Assembly: GCA_040388095.1 (NCBI GenBank)
Contig: JAZKCM010000002.1
Span: 7,264-71,263, forward strand
Source: Patescibacteria group bacterium
Lineage (GTDB): Bacteria; Patescibacteriota; Minisyncoccia; Phycocordibacterales; UBA9973
Direction of reading: 5' to 3'
DNA: 64,000 nt
In this document: in pieces, positions 46,779 to 57,777 of the stretch
How the letters are laid out: every line of letters starts with the position of its first letter
How positions within the stretch are numbered: position 1 is the stretch's first letter
Notes under the pieces: model-generated
The model's database searches: none
Seen by the model: the letters and a program-made list of their open reading frames with translations, nothing else
Told to the model about the DNA's origin: nothing
Made by a program: the position numbers and the translations under genes

Positions 46779-48728
46779 GTGTGGATGCATGAGCATTTGC
46801 ACGGACTCAATAGTTCTCAAAAAGAAGCGGCTCTCCACAAGGATGGGCCGCTTCTTATTGTCGCTGGTGCAGGTGCAGGGAAGACGAAAACGATTACGCA
46901 TCGCATCGTAAACCTCATCAAAGAAGGAGTCGAGCCAAATAAAATTCTCGCTGTGACTTTCACCAACAAAGCAGCCAAAGAAATGCGAGAGAAAATATTA
47001 AATGAAATTAATAAAAATAATTTAGGGCAGAATACTATTCCTTTCGTCAGTACATTTCACTCACTTGGCGTACACATTATCAAAGAAAATGCACAGCTTG
47101 TAGGCGTGACAAGGCATTTCACTATACTCGATGATGGAGATACAAATTCACTCATCAAAGAAGCGTTAAAAGAATCTGACATCGACCCAAAACAATACGA
47201 GCCAAAGAGAATCAAAGGAATCATCAGTCGTGAAAAAGGGAAATTTACCAATCTTGAGGAGTATATGGCAAATGCGCAAGATTATTTATCAAAGATTGTC
47301 GCGCGTATTTGGAAAATATACGAAGAAAAGAAGGCAAAAGAAAATGCACTCGATTTCGATGATCTCTTAATCAAAGCAACCAAATTGCTCAAAGATAATA
47401 AAATCGTGCGCGAATATTATCAGCAGAAATGGCACTATGTACACATCGATGAGTATCAAGACACAAACGAAGCTCAATACTTGATGTCCAAATTGCTTTC
47501 AGAAAATCATAAAAATATCTGCGTCGTGGGTGATGCAGATCAGAATATTTATTCTTGGCGTGGAGCGAATTTGAAAAACATTTTAAATTTTGAAAAAGAT
47601 TATCCAGATGCAAAAATAATTTTGCTTGAAGAAAATTATCGTTCAACAAAAAATATACTAGAAGCAGCAAATGAAATTATCAAGAAAAATAAATACCGCC
47701 CAGACAAAAATTTATTTACTCAAAATAAAATAGGAGAGAAGATAAGTTTGTGTGAAGCGCTCGAAGAGACAGAGGAAGCAGATTTTATCGCAAATAAAAT
47801 TTTGGAGCTCATCGATCGCGATGACCATCAAAAAAACTGGAGCGACATCGCTATTTTATACCGCGCCAACTTCCAATCCCGTGTACTTGAAGAAGCAATG
47901 CTACGCTACAACATACCGTATCAAGTCCTTGGTATAAAATTCTTTGAAAGGCGTGAAATAAAAGACACGCTTGCATACTTGCGTGCGGCGCTCAACCCTG
48001 AAAGCTTAAGCGACATAAAAAGAATTATTAATTTCCCGACGAGAGGTATCGGTAAGACAACGCTCGCAAAACTTTTTGCAAATGAAACAGAAAACTTGCC
48101 AATAAAGATGCAAATAAAAATTAAAAACTTTTATGAATTACTTTTGGAAATAAAAGAAAAAATAGAAACGAGCACAGCAACAGAAGTGATAAAATTCGTC
48201 ATTAAAAAATCAGGGATTGAAGAAGAATTGCTCGCTGGTGGGGAAGAAGAATTAGAAAGGCTTGCAAACATAAAAGAGCTTGCAACACTCGCACTCAAAT
48301 ACGATAATTTAGAAAACGGACTTGGTATAGAAAAGCTCATCGAAGATGCGTCGCTCGCAAGCGATCAAGATTCTATTATGATTAATGACGACAAGAAGGA
48401 AAAAATAAATACAGTAAAACTTATGACCGTGCATGCGTCAAAAGGACTTGAGTTTAATTATGTTTTTGTCACTGGTCTTGAAGACGGGCTTTTTCCAAAT
48501 AGAAGAGATGGTGAGAGTAAAAAAGCAGAAGATGCTGAAGAAGAGCGTAGACTATTTTATGTAGCTCTTACTCGTGCACGAGAAAAATTATTCCTATCAT
48601 ATACTAATTTCCGTACAATCTTCGGTTCACGACAGATAAACTCGCCGTCAGAATTTATTTCTGATATTCCTCCAGATTTATTAGAAAGAGAAGGCGGAGA
48701 TCCACACGTCAAAACGATTTATATATAA
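46779..48728 (+). CDS. uvrD: UvrD/PcrA-family ATP-dependent DNA helicase
   Basis: 649 aa. GPLLIVAGAGAGKTKTIT (Walker A), VHIDEYQDTN, VMTVHASKGLEFNYVF, YVALTRAR. SF1 helicase motifs. Confidence 0.9.
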   Translation: MWMHEHLHGLNSSQKEAALHKDGPLLIVAGAGAGKTKTITHRIVNLIKEGVEPNKILAVTFTNKAAKEMREKILNEINKNNLGQNTIPFVSTFHSLGVHIIKENAQLVGVTRHFTILDDGDTNSLIKEALKESDIDPKQYEPKRIKGIISREKGKFTNLEEYMANAQDYLSKIVARIWKIYEEKKAKENALDFDDLLIKATKLLKDNKIVREYYQQKWHYVHIDEYQDTNEAQYLMSKLLSENHKNICVVGDADQNIYSWRGANLKNILNFEKDYPDAKIILLEENYRSTKNILEAANEIIKKNKYRPDKNLFTQNKIGEKISLCEALEETEEADFIANKILELIDRDDHQKNWSDIAILYRANFQSRVLEEAMLRYNIPYQVLGIKFFERREIKDTLAYLRAALNPESLSDIKRIINFPTRGIGKTTLAKLFANETENLPIKMQIKIKNFYELLLEIKEKIETSTATEVIKFVIKKSGIEEELLAGGEEELERLANIKELATLALKYDNLENGLGIEKLIEDASLASDQDSIMINDDKKEKINTVKLMTVHASKGLEFNYVFVTGLEDGLFPNRRDGESKKAEDAEEERRLFYVALTRAREKLFLSYTNFRTIFGSRQINSPSEFISDIPPDLLEREGGDPHVKTIYI

Positions 48729-48818
48729 AATTACTTGAATACTTATTTTCTTAAAGTCCTCGGTTCTCCTCGCAAGCTCGGCCAGACCATTAATAAAATA
48801 AGTATTCAAAAAAAATAA

Positions 48819-49607
48819 ATGAAAGAAAAAACACACAAAGCAAAAAAATCACTCGGACAGAATTTCTTAAAATCTGTGCCAGCGCTTAATGCCATCATAA
48901 ATGCTGGAGAGGTGATAGAAAAAGACACTGTGCTTGAGATCGGTCCAGGAAAAGGAGCGCTCACTGAAAAGCTTTTAGAAAAAGCAGGTAAAGTAAATGC
49001 TATAGAAAAAGATAGAGATCTTTTAGAAATACTCCAAGAAAAATTTAAAAATGAAATAAAAAATAAAAAACTCGTTTTAATAAACGAAGATATCTTGGAA
49101 TACAAGGTAGAAGAGAAAAATTACAAAATCATCGCAAATATTCCATACAATATTACTGGCGCGATATTAAAAAAATTCTTAACCGCTGAGAATCAACCAG
49201 AAAGAATGGTGCTTATGGTCCAGCACGAAGTGGCGAAAAGAATCGTCGCAAGAGGGGGAGACGAAAGTATTCTTTCTATTTCAGTCAAAGCATATGGTAA
49301 TCCAAAAATTATTATGAAAGTACCGGCGCGATATTTTTCTCCAGCACCGAAAGTAGACTCTGCGATCATAGCTATCACCGATATCTCAAGAAAAACTTTC
49401 AAAGAAAATAAAATAGATGAAGAAAAATTCTGGGAACTCGTAAAAACAGGCTTTGCTCATAAAAGAAAAGTACTTGTCAGTAATTTGAAAGATTTATATG
49501 GTAAAGAAAAAATATCTGAAGTTTTCAAAAATCTCAACATTTCAGAAAAAACTCGGGCAGAAGAACTCACTTTGGAAAATTGGATTGCAATTACCAAAAT
49601 GGTATAA
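48819..49607 (+). CDS. rsmA: 16S rRNA (adenine1518/1519-N6)-dimethyltransferase
   Basis: 262 aa. KKSLGQNFL, VLEIGPGKGALTEKL, ANIPYNIT. KsgA/RsmA motifs. Confidence 0.9.
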   Translation: MKEKTHKAKKSLGQNFLKSVPALNAIINAGEVIEKDTVLEIGPGKGALTEKLLEKAGKVNAIEKDRDLLEILQEKFKNEIKNKKLVLINEDILEYKVEEKNYKIIANIPYNITGAILKKFLTAENQPERMVLMVQHEVAKRIVARGGDESILSISVKAYGNPKIIMKVPARYFSPAPKVDSAIIAITDISRKTFKENKIDEEKFWELVKTGFAHKRKVLVSNLKDLYGKEKISEVFKNLNISEKTRAEELTLENWIAITKMV

Positions 49608-49614
49608 TTTTCGT

Positions 49615-50016
49615 ATGTCTAAAATTTCAAAAATACTCATTATTGCTCTAGTTGTCGTAATTTCAGTAAAAATAGTCTACGCTTCAGGATCTAATGGTAA
49701 AGTTTTCGGTGGAAGAATACTTAAAACAGAAGCAACTGAGATAACAACAGCTGAAGCAGAAAGTTATAATTGCGAAATGAATGGGGGAACTTCTATTGAA
49801 ATAAGAAGAATGGGTACAAAAGAAAAAATACCGACAGCTTTTTATATACCGCCAAATACAAAATCAAAAACAAACACTGTATTAAAAGCGAAACAATTAA
49901 TTATAGGAAAATACAGCGGTTCAACTAACATAAATTGTCCAAATGATAACCCAGAAATACCTCCAAGAATTATTACATTAGACAATATAATACTTTTCGG
50001 AACATCTAAAAATTAA
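49615..50016 (+). CDS. Small secreted protein (start of the T4SS-like cluster)
   Basis: 133 aa from the ATG at 49615. The listed ORF 49498..50016 overlaps ksgA in another frame. Signal peptide MSKISKILIIALVVVISVKIVYA, two Cys. Confidence 0.4.
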   Translation: MSKISKILIIALVVVISVKIVYASGSNGKVFGGRILKTEATEITTAEAESYNCEMNGGTSIEIRRMGTKEKIPTAFYIPPNTKSKTNTVLKAKQLIIGKYSGSTNINCPNDNPEIPPRIITLDNIILFGTSKN

Positions 50017-50017
50017 A

Positions 50018-50944
50018 ATGAGAAATTTTCTTAAGAAATACACAAAATATTTACCAAGCAAGAAATTCAGCGTGCTTATCGGTACGTGTTTAGGTTTAGT
50101 GTTGGTCTTTTTTGTTATATCATATGCGTCAAAAGTGCATACATATAACGCTAAAAAGGAAGCTGAGCTCAAAACAGGTAAACTTACAGTAAATGAACTT
50201 TTACAAAAAGACACTGATGGAGATAGTGTCGCAGATTGGGAAGAAGCATTGTGGGGAACTGATAAAAACAAAAAAGCTAGTTTCAACGACACACCAGATG
50301 CAACTTATATAAAAAACAAAAAAGCTGATTTGAATATAAAAGAACCGACAGATCAGGAACTCACCGAGACAGACAAATTTGCTCGAGGATTTTTGGCTGC
50401 ATTTACTGCTTTAAAAGATGCGGGCACAGTAGATAGCCAGACCATCAACAATTTCGGCAGTGCGCTCGGTCAAAAAATAGCGACTCCTTCATTGATAGAT
50501 CAATACAGTATGAAAGATTTGAAAATTGATACTTCGGGTGACGCTACAAAAAAGAACAAATATTACAAAGCTGTTTCTGATTTATTTGAAACATATAAAA
50601 ATGATGGAATAGGAAATGAGCTAGATATCGTAAGCAATTCTTTAACACAGGCTTCTTCTGGAACAAGTGTTAAACCAGATGAATTAATACTCATATCACA
50701 AGCGTATAAAGACTTTGCTAGCAAAATGCTTTTATTGTCTGTGCCAGAAGACTTAGCACAATATCATCTAAAGATTATAAATAGCTCAAATAACACAGGT
50801 ATATCAGTAGAAAAACTGACAAAAATAGCCACTGACCCCGTCATCGGACTCGCAGGACTCTCTGAATATCAGAAATACAGCGAAGAGCTCATCTCAGCTG
50901 CAGCAGAACTCGAGACAACTTTGCCAAACAATGATACTATATAA
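50018..50944 (+). CDS. Membrane-anchored exported protein with DxDxDG-like motif
   Basis: 308 aa. N-terminal TM (FSVLIGTCLGLVLVFFVISYA), DTDGDSVADWEE calcium-binding-like motif. Confidence 0.45.
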   Translation: MRNFLKKYTKYLPSKKFSVLIGTCLGLVLVFFVISYASKVHTYNAKKEAELKTGKLTVNELLQKDTDGDSVADWEEALWGTDKNKKASFNDTPDATYIKNKKADLNIKEPTDQELTETDKFARGFLAAFTALKDAGTVDSQTINNFGSALGQKIATPSLIDQYSMKDLKIDTSGDATKKNKYYKAVSDLFETYKNDGIGNELDIVSNSLTQASSGTSVKPDELILISQAYKDFASKMLLLSVPEDLAQYHLKIINSSNNTGISVEKLTKIATDPVIGLAGLSEYQKYSEELISAAAELETTLPNNDTI

Positions 50945-50969
50945 AGATAGTAATTAGGATTTACGCATA

Positions 50970-53744
50970 ATGGAGATAAAAAAATATTTTAAAAATGCAA
51001 TCTACATATTCATTATGATGAGTTTCGTCATAATGCCTTATTTTAGTTTTACTTCTACAGTAGAAGCTCAGGGAAATTTTTATACAACATCAGGTACATA
51101 TGCAGGTGGTAGTGGTGGTTCTTCTGCAAATCTCGAAGGCTATATAAAAGGCCTCGCTCCAGCGATAACCCAACTTCCTCTTTGTAAAAAAACATTGAAA
51201 AATGGTACTGGAAATTTATTTAGTAAATTAAAAGGAAACTTTGATGACAATAGTAAAACAAAGGAAGTATCTCCATACCAAAACGAAGGAGCAGGACTCG
51301 AAGGAGAAAATTCTGACGCAGTAAATGAAGCCAATTCTGTTGGGGTTTATGATAAAAGTCTAAACAATGCTATCAACACAGTAAAATCAAACACTGAACA
51401 AATAAAATCAAGTACTGATTCTATAGACAAAAACGATACTTGTTTAAAAAGTATCGGCAGAATGGTAACAAAACTACTTTTGCAAAAAATTACAGTGAGT
51501 ACTGTAAACTGGATCAATACTGGCTACGAAGGTAAACCGACATTCCTTTCAAATGAAGATGATTTCTGGGGCAATATTGCAAAAAATGAAATCTTGCAAT
51601 TTGGACTTGAGATAGACAATGAAGTACTTTTTCCTTTTGGCCGTGGATTTATGGAAGCACAAGCCCTATCTTTCCAAAATCACTTTGCTGACAATGCCCA
51701 ATATTCTCTCGACAAATTGATCGCTGACACAAACCCACAATATTCTTCAACTACATTCAATGCTGATTTCAGCCAAGGTGGCTGGGCGGCATGGGATGCA
51801 ATGACACAAATTCCAGCAAATAACCCACTAGGCTTCCAGCTTCTTGCTTCAAATGAACTCCAGCTCCGCCTCGAGGGGACAGCCCAATCGACAGCTCAAG
51901 GTTTGCGTGATGATATACAAAGAGGAATGGGCTTTATGAGTCAAGATGTATGTGTCAATCCAGAAGGTGTGACTCATGAAGATAATGATGCGGCATTAGC
52001 AGGAGACACAACAAAATCAAGATGTCTTGAATGGAAACACGTAACACCAGGAAGTATCATCGCCGAAACAGCTACAAATGCAGTCAATTATCCAAACAAT
52101 CAACTTCTAAAATCAGAAGATTTGAACGATGCAGTCGCTGCGATACTCGATGCAGTTATCAATCAATGGTCTACAAAACTATTCAGTGACACAGGTTTTG
52201 CTGGTATATCAAATCAAGGCGCTGATGGAAGTTATTATCACAATACCGGTGCGCAAGTTTCTTACAATACTCAAGTAGAAAATGATTTCCCTTATGCAAA
52301 TAGCACTTGGCTCAAAGAAAATCCTGATTTCAATATTCGCACAGGCCTGACTCAGGCACTCATCGATGAGCAGAGAATTTACACAGAAAAACTTGCGGAA
52401 CAAAATGATCAATTGTTTGTAAAAGTAAAAACTTCACAACAAGCAAAAGAGCTCGGTCTTAATCCTAGTAAAATGGTAGGTAAAAATTACGGATTACTTC
52501 CAATTATTTACCAACTTGATTATTGTATTCCAGGACCACATCCAGGATTCGAAGAAGATGCACAAGCATCATTGGATAGGACATTGTCACTTGGAGGAAT
52601 ACCGATTGGCCAAAGCGGATTTGATCAAGCATTAACTTGGTTTAGTTCTGTTGATCCAGGTGGTTCAAATCCAACTAGTGCTAGTAATACAATCGGTACT
52701 ATCATAAAACTTTTCCAAGGAAGTGATCACGATATAAACAAAGAAAGAGAAAGTAATGCAAATATAATCCAACACTTTGCTGGTGTTCAATTACCAGCGA
52801 CTGGATCTGGTAACGGTAATACACCAACAGACTTTGATGGAGTGACTAGAGTTTTGCAAACTATCGTTGATGGTTATATACAAGTTGTTCACAATATTTA
52901 CAGTCCAGCTATAATGCCTGATGTTACAAAAGAAGCAAAAACAGAATTTGAAAAAACTCCTGGATATGTGCAGATGTTGGAAAACAATACAAATAACATT
53001 TCTTCACTCAAGAGTGTCATTGTCAGACTTTCACAAATCAAAACAGAAGTAGATAAATTAAATCTACAATTGATAAACCATACAATAACAAATTCTACTG
53101 GTGCAATTGTTCCTCTAGCAAATCAAAACGATCAATATGAAGAAAATTTGAAACCTTGGATTTCAGCATTTGGAAGACTGACGAGTGAGATGGTTACAGG
53201 AAATGATATAGCGAAAGTTGATAATACAACAAAACAAATAAAAGATAAGGAAGTTTATATTTACAACAATTTATTGAAAGGTCCGACTGGATGTGAACAA
53301 GATGTTCAAATCTGGAATCCAAATAGACAATTTAATTTACCAGGAGGTATTGTTAATCATAAAAGATATCAATATCCTTTACCGATAATTTATGATTACA
53401 ACATCTATCCTCAAGGTGGACTTTTGCCAGATCCATTACCAAACCCTATATCCACTAATCCAAAATCGCTCTTCACTGTAAATAATAATAGATCCCAATC
53501 CTTCACTGACTGGAACGGTACTTTTGGATTAAACGATGCTGGCTACGGATCAAATCCACAAAATGGAGTTGTCCCAGGAGGATCAGTTATAAAATTTTGT
53601 AATGATATTAAAGCTATAACTGGTATAGGTGGTAATTGTTCGATTCACGAAGGTCCGACTTTTATTCATATAACTAATATGGTAAATATATTCCAAGGAC
53701 CGAATGGCTTAGATACTTTGGAACGTAACTTAGGAATTTATTAA
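50970..53744 (+). CDS. Large secreted protein (924 aa), T4SS-cluster associated
   Basis: N-terminal signal/TM IYIFIMMSFVIMPYFSFTSTVEA. Asn/Gln/Thr-rich, no recognised domain. Confidence 0.5.
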   Translation: MEIKKYFKNAIYIFIMMSFVIMPYFSFTSTVEAQGNFYTTSGTYAGGSGGSSANLEGYIKGLAPAITQLPLCKKTLKNGTGNLFSKLKGNFDDNSKTKEVSPYQNEGAGLEGENSDAVNEANSVGVYDKSLNNAINTVKSNTEQIKSSTDSIDKNDTCLKSIGRMVTKLLLQKITVSTVNWINTGYEGKPTFLSNEDDFWGNIAKNEILQFGLEIDNEVLFPFGRGFMEAQALSFQNHFADNAQYSLDKLIADTNPQYSSTTFNADFSQGGWAAWDAMTQIPANNPLGFQLLASNELQLRLEGTAQSTAQGLRDDIQRGMGFMSQDVCVNPEGVTHEDNDAALAGDTTKSRCLEWKHVTPGSIIAETATNAVNYPNNQLLKSEDLNDAVAAILDAVINQWSTKLFSDTGFAGISNQGADGSYYHNTGAQVSYNTQVENDFPYANSTWLKENPDFNIRTGLTQALIDEQRIYTEKLAEQNDQLFVKVKTSQQAKELGLNPSKMVGKNYGLLPIIYQLDYCIPGPHPGFEEDAQASLDRTLSLGGIPIGQSGFDQALTWFSSVDPGGSNPTSASNTIGTIIKLFQGSDHDINKERESNANIIQHFAGVQLPATGSGNGNTPTDFDGVTRVLQTIVDGYIQVVHNIYSPAIMPDVTKEAKTEFEKTPGYVQMLENNTNNISSLKSVIVRLSQIKTEVDKLNLQLINHTITNSTGAIVPLANQNDQYEENLKPWISAFGRLTSEMVTGNDIAKVDNTTKQIKDKEVYIYNNLLKGPTGCEQDVQIWNPNRQFNLPGGIVNHKRYQYPLPIIYDYNIYPQGGLLPDPLPNPISTNPKSLFTVNNNRSQSFTDWNGTFGLNDAGYGSNPQNGVVPGGSVIKFCNDIKAITGIGGNCSIHEGPTFIHITNMVNIFQGPNGLDTLERNLGIY

Positions 53745-53747
53745 AAA

Positions 53748-55706
53748 ATGCAAAACATAATCAAAAAAATAATAATATTTATCACTCTAGCAGGGCCATT
53801 TATGGCTTTCGCATCTATCGGCACAGTATTTACCAATCCTTCAACAAACATTCCGAGTACTTCAAACGACTATGCGACGACAAAATTCGGAGCGCAAGTA
53901 TCGACCACAGGTACTGATCCAAAATATTGGAGACCTGATGGTACATACAATGTCGGCCTTGGCTATTTTCGTTATTCAAAAATAGATATTCCTCCGATTT
54001 TCTGTAACGATATTTATGGATCAAATATGAGATCAACAAAAGAAGGATCGTATCACGGTACTAACATAAATTTTGATGCTACAGTCACAGACTTAGAACC
54101 AAATACAAAATACGCTTACTGTGCAGTTGTATCAAATGACGGTTCATACAAACCGACCGATATAAAATACGGGGGAGTATATGTATTCACGACACTTCCT
54201 TGTGCATCTTGTGAACAAACAAGTATCAACACACTTCCTGCGACAGGCATTACTTCTAATTCTGCATATTTGAAAGGGGATTATAATTCCACAAAACCTA
54301 CAAAAACATATTTTGAATATAGAAAAAATGTACCGGGAACAATTTGGGTAAAGGTAAATAATGAATCCCATGGTGCTGGAGCAAGTGGTAATTTAAATTA
54401 TTCATTATCAGGACTCGCACAACAAATAACTTATGTTTTCAGAGCAGTAATACAAGAAAAAAATATTTGTCCGCTCAGTTTCACTGGTACTTATCCAGAT
54501 TGCGTAGGCAATGGAAGTACAGGACTTTCTTGCCCTGCTGGTTTTAGTGCAAGTGGATTTACTGCAAATGGAAATATAAAATGTACTGGTGCAAATATTG
54601 CCGGCTCTTATGCAAGTCCGAAATACGGAAGTGATTTAAACTTCACAACGATACTTCCAAATAATGGAACATCTTCTTCATCAAACAATCCGACAACAGG
54701 CAGTGGTTTATCATATGGAAATAGTGGCTGGACATATAGTAGCTCTGGAAACTACAGCTCTACTCCTCAATGTTCAAACCTAGTAGACGATGATGGTGAT
54801 GGCGCTATCGATTTCCCTGATGATGTGCAATGCGCAAGTGCAAATGACTATAGTGAATCAGAATATGGCTCTCAGTCCGGAACAGGTGGTACTACTCTTG
54901 CTCCACAATGTGGAAATGGTATCGATGACGATGGTGATGAATTTATAGATTTTCCAAATGACTTACAATGCACAAGTTTGAATGATTATAGTGAATCAGT
55001 TGCCGGTGGACAGACAAGTCAAACACCGACAAATGGTGGATCACTTACTCCTCAGTGTAGAAACAGATTAGACGATGACGGCGATGGACTAATAGATTTC
55101 CCAAATGATTTACAATGTGCAAGTTTAAATGATTACAGCGAATCAGATTTTGGCGGGCAGACAAATGGACAGACATCAGGAAGTAGCAATAGTACAAATG
55201 GAGATCCATTTTCTGGATCAGGTACTATCGGTGGAGGCGTCTTTGGTCCATCAGGTATTGGAAGTGGATCAAATGGAAATGGTAATAATACAAATGGTCT
55301 CGGCACTGGACCAGGTACAGTCCTTCCACCTCCTAAAATAGGAGATAAAATAAATCCACTCTCAGATGCGATCGTCAGGTACCACGAAGGAGTTGAAACT
55401 GTTTTCACCAGACAAATAAAAAATTATCCTGGTTTTGCAAAATTATATGGCTATCAAGACGGGCAAGATCTGCAAAGCTTTGCCGACAATCTTTCACATA
55501 CTTTTGCTCAAGCTTTCGGTTATTATACTGGCGGGGGAAGAGAAATCCGCGTCAGTATCCCAGACATTGCAGCATATGAATTTGGTATGAAAGACGATAT
55601 GCTCGCTGTCTATGAATACTACGGTGGCTATCTCACAGGTATCGCTGTGGTAACAGATAAACTCAAAACAAAATACGGCTACGAGTACTATTTCCAAAAG
55701 CATTAA
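53748..55706 (+). CDS. Secreted protein with three Cys-flanked DDDGDG-IDFP repeats and a Gly/Ser-rich linker
   Basis: 652 aa. Signal peptide, then repeats CSNLVDDDGDGAIDFPDDVQCASANDYSES / CGNGIDDDGDEFIDFPNDLQCTSLNDYSES / CRNRLDDDGDGLIDFPNDLQCASLNDYSES. Confidence 0.5.
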   Translation: MQNIIKKIIIFITLAGPFMAFASIGTVFTNPSTNIPSTSNDYATTKFGAQVSTTGTDPKYWRPDGTYNVGLGYFRYSKIDIPPIFCNDIYGSNMRSTKEGSYHGTNINFDATVTDLEPNTKYAYCAVVSNDGSYKPTDIKYGGVYVFTTLPCASCEQTSINTLPATGITSNSAYLKGDYNSTKPTKTYFEYRKNVPGTIWVKVNNESHGAGASGNLNYSLSGLAQQITYVFRAVIQEKNICPLSFTGTYPDCVGNGSTGLSCPAGFSASGFTANGNIKCTGANIAGSYASPKYGSDLNFTTILPNNGTSSSSNNPTTGSGLSYGNSGWTYSSSGNYSSTPQCSNLVDDDGDGAIDFPDDVQCASANDYSESEYGSQSGTGGTTLAPQCGNGIDDDGDEFIDFPNDLQCTSLNDYSESVAGGQTSQTPTNGGSLTPQCRNRLDDDGDGLIDFPNDLQCASLNDYSESDFGGQTNGQTSGSSNSTNGDPFSGSGTIGGGVFGPSGIGSGSNGNGNNTNGLGTGPGTVLPPPKIGDKINPLSDAIVRYHEGVETVFTRQIKNYPGFAKLYGYQDGQDLQSFADNLSHTFAQAFGYYTGGGREIRVSIPDIAAYEFGMKDDMLAVYEYYGGYLTGIAVVTDKLKTKYGYEYYFQKH

Positions 55707-55771
55707 AAACGTTTCAAAATCCTAGCATCTTTCGCCCTGTCGATGCTATAATAAAAAGATAGAAAAATAAA

Positions 55772-57769
55772 ATGTCCCGTATTCTATCTAAAATTTTAAT
55801 CTTAGTATTGATGGTAGTTGTTTTTTTTGCACCTGTTAGTGCAAATCTCGAGAAAAAAAGTAATCAAATTGCATTTAATGTAGAAGTGAGTAAGGCTAAT
55901 GCTCAAACAATTCCAGTAACAGTATCCACAGCAACAAATCCAACCCAACAAAGTACTGTAACAACAACAGATGACTATGGTTGCGGACTTTCTCCTACTA
56001 CTTGGTTTACAAATTGTGTTTCATTATTTTTATATAATATAATTTTTTACCCACTATCTTTACTTACTAGTTTTTCAGCAAAGATCTTAGATTTTTTTAT
56101 TTATTATTCTACAAATAGTACAAGTTATAGTACAAGTTTTATTGGTAGCGCTTGGGGAGCAGTGCGAGATATTGCAAATATATTTTTTATAATTGGACTT
56201 CTTTATGTAGCAATAGAAACAATACTTGGAATAGGACACAATGGCAAAAAAATGATTGCTTCTATTGTTGTGGTCGCACTTCTTATAAACTTTTCTTTAT
56301 TTTTTACACAAGTAATTATAGACACTTCAAACATACTGGCTAGAGTTTTTTATAATAATTTTCAACAAGTAAACAATAAGGGTACAGCTATAACAGACGG
56401 AAGTGCGCAAACATCTGTTTCTGTAGGATTAGTAAGTACTTTTAATCCTCAAAAAATACTTCAAGGATTAGACAAGAAAAATAACACAGGATTGTATATT
56501 TTTGTAACATTAATTTCTATAGCAATGATGATATTTATGATTTATATTTTCCTATCCATTGCTCTTCTTTTTGTTGGTAGAGTTGCAGGACTTTGGGTTG
56601 CGATGATTTTTGCTCCGATAGCTTTTGCTTCTTACACTGTACCATTTGATATTCCAGGATTAGGACATAAAAAATGGTGGTCTGATTTGTTGAAACAGGC
56701 ATTCCTTGCCCCAATATTTATATTTTTTCTTTATGTAATACTCCTTTTAGGAGATAGCTTACACTCAATAGGTGAAGATGCTATAAACACAAGTGGTGAC
56801 GCAAGCGGTTACTTAAAATCATTTATGGCTGTAACTATTCCTTTTGCGATAATGTTTGTATTAATACAACAAGCTAAAAAATTAGCGGTTGAATATTCAG
56901 GAACAATAGGAAATGCTGTATCTAGCGCTGGTGCAACAATAGGAGGATTTGCGTTGGGAGGTGCGGCTCTAGGAACTGCTTTTGTTGGAAGACAAACAAT
57001 TGGAGCATTTATGAAAGGCGCATCTACGGGAGACTCAATTAATCAAAGATATGCACGTGGTGAACAGTTAAATAGGTGGGATACTGTACGAGGAGCTGTT
57101 TCACATTATGGTACTCTTGGTTTACTCACTCAAGCACAACAAAGAGTTGGTCAAAGATTAAACGCAAATCAACATGATATTACACATGCCACTCATGCAA
57201 GACATACACTTGATACGGAAGCTGGTACTGTTGCCCATGGCAAAAAATGGAATGAATTAAATGGTGAAGAAAGAAATCAAGTAAGAACAAATCTAGCTAG
57301 AAAAGAAGCAATGAGACAACAAGGTCTAGGAAATAAAACTTGGGCTCAGCTAGATAATGCTCAACAACAAGCTGTAACAACAGCAATAACACCAGCATTA
57401 AATGCTTATAACTCAGTTGGAGATACGATGATTAGAGATGCTCGTAGAAAAGTTGGTCTCGCAGAAAACATAATACAATCAACTATTGGTGGGAGCTTTG
57501 ATGCAAGGAATCTTTCTAAACTTGTAGCGAGTGAACAGGATAAAGGATTAAATAAAGTTGCTACTGGGTTAACATCAATCCTTGCAAACGGAATGAGAAG
57601 TAGTATTAAAAGCACGTTTAACACAAACTATGGTACAGGGCAAAAAGATTTCTTTAAAGACCTAGGGCATACGATAACAGAAGCATTAAAATCAGCTAAG
57701 GTAAATGTTGACTTATCTCATGTTGGAAAAGAAGTAAAAGAAGGTCATGGAGGAGGTGACCATCATTAA
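55772..57769 (+). CDS. VirB6/TrbL-like polytopic membrane protein with C-terminal hydrophilic domain
   Basis: 665 aa. Signal peptide, then 6+ TM helices (AWGAVRDIANIFFIIGLLYVAIETILG...; GLWVAMIFAPIAFASYTVPF...), then an approximately 300-aa soluble tail. Sits between surface proteins and the VirB4 ATPase. Confidence 0.45.
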   Translation: MSRILSKILILVLMVVVFFAPVSANLEKKSNQIAFNVEVSKANAQTIPVTVSTATNPTQQSTVTTTDDYGCGLSPTTWFTNCVSLFLYNIIFYPLSLLTSFSAKILDFFIYYSTNSTSYSTSFIGSAWGAVRDIANIFFIIGLLYVAIETILGIGHNGKKMIASIVVVALLINFSLFFTQVIIDTSNILARVFYNNFQQVNNKGTAITDGSAQTSVSVGLVSTFNPQKILQGLDKKNNTGLYIFVTLISIAMMIFMIYIFLSIALLFVGRVAGLWVAMIFAPIAFASYTVPFDIPGLGHKKWWSDLLKQAFLAPIFIFFLYVILLLGDSLHSIGEDAINTSGDASGYLKSFMAVTIPFAIMFVLIQQAKKLAVEYSGTIGNAVSSAGATIGGFALGGAALGTAFVGRQTIGAFMKGASTGDSINQRYARGEQLNRWDTVRGAVSHYGTLGLLTQAQQRVGQRLNANQHDITHATHARHTLDTEAGTVAHGKKWNELNGEERNQVRTNLARKEAMRQQGLGNKTWAQLDNAQQQAVTTAITPALNAYNSVGDTMIRDARRKVGLAENIIQSTIGGSFDARNLSKLVASEQDKGLNKVATGLTSILANGMRSSIKSTFNTNYGTGQKDFFKDLGHTITEALKSAKVNVDLSHVGKEVKEGHGGGDHH

Positions 57770-57777
57770 ATAAATTT

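Noticed and set aside
49498-50016. 172-aa ORF overlapping the 3' end of ksgA
   Set aside because: The N-terminal 39 codons overlap ksgA in another frame and encode a basic low-complexity peptide. The start was moved to the ATG at 49615, which gives a clean signal peptide.
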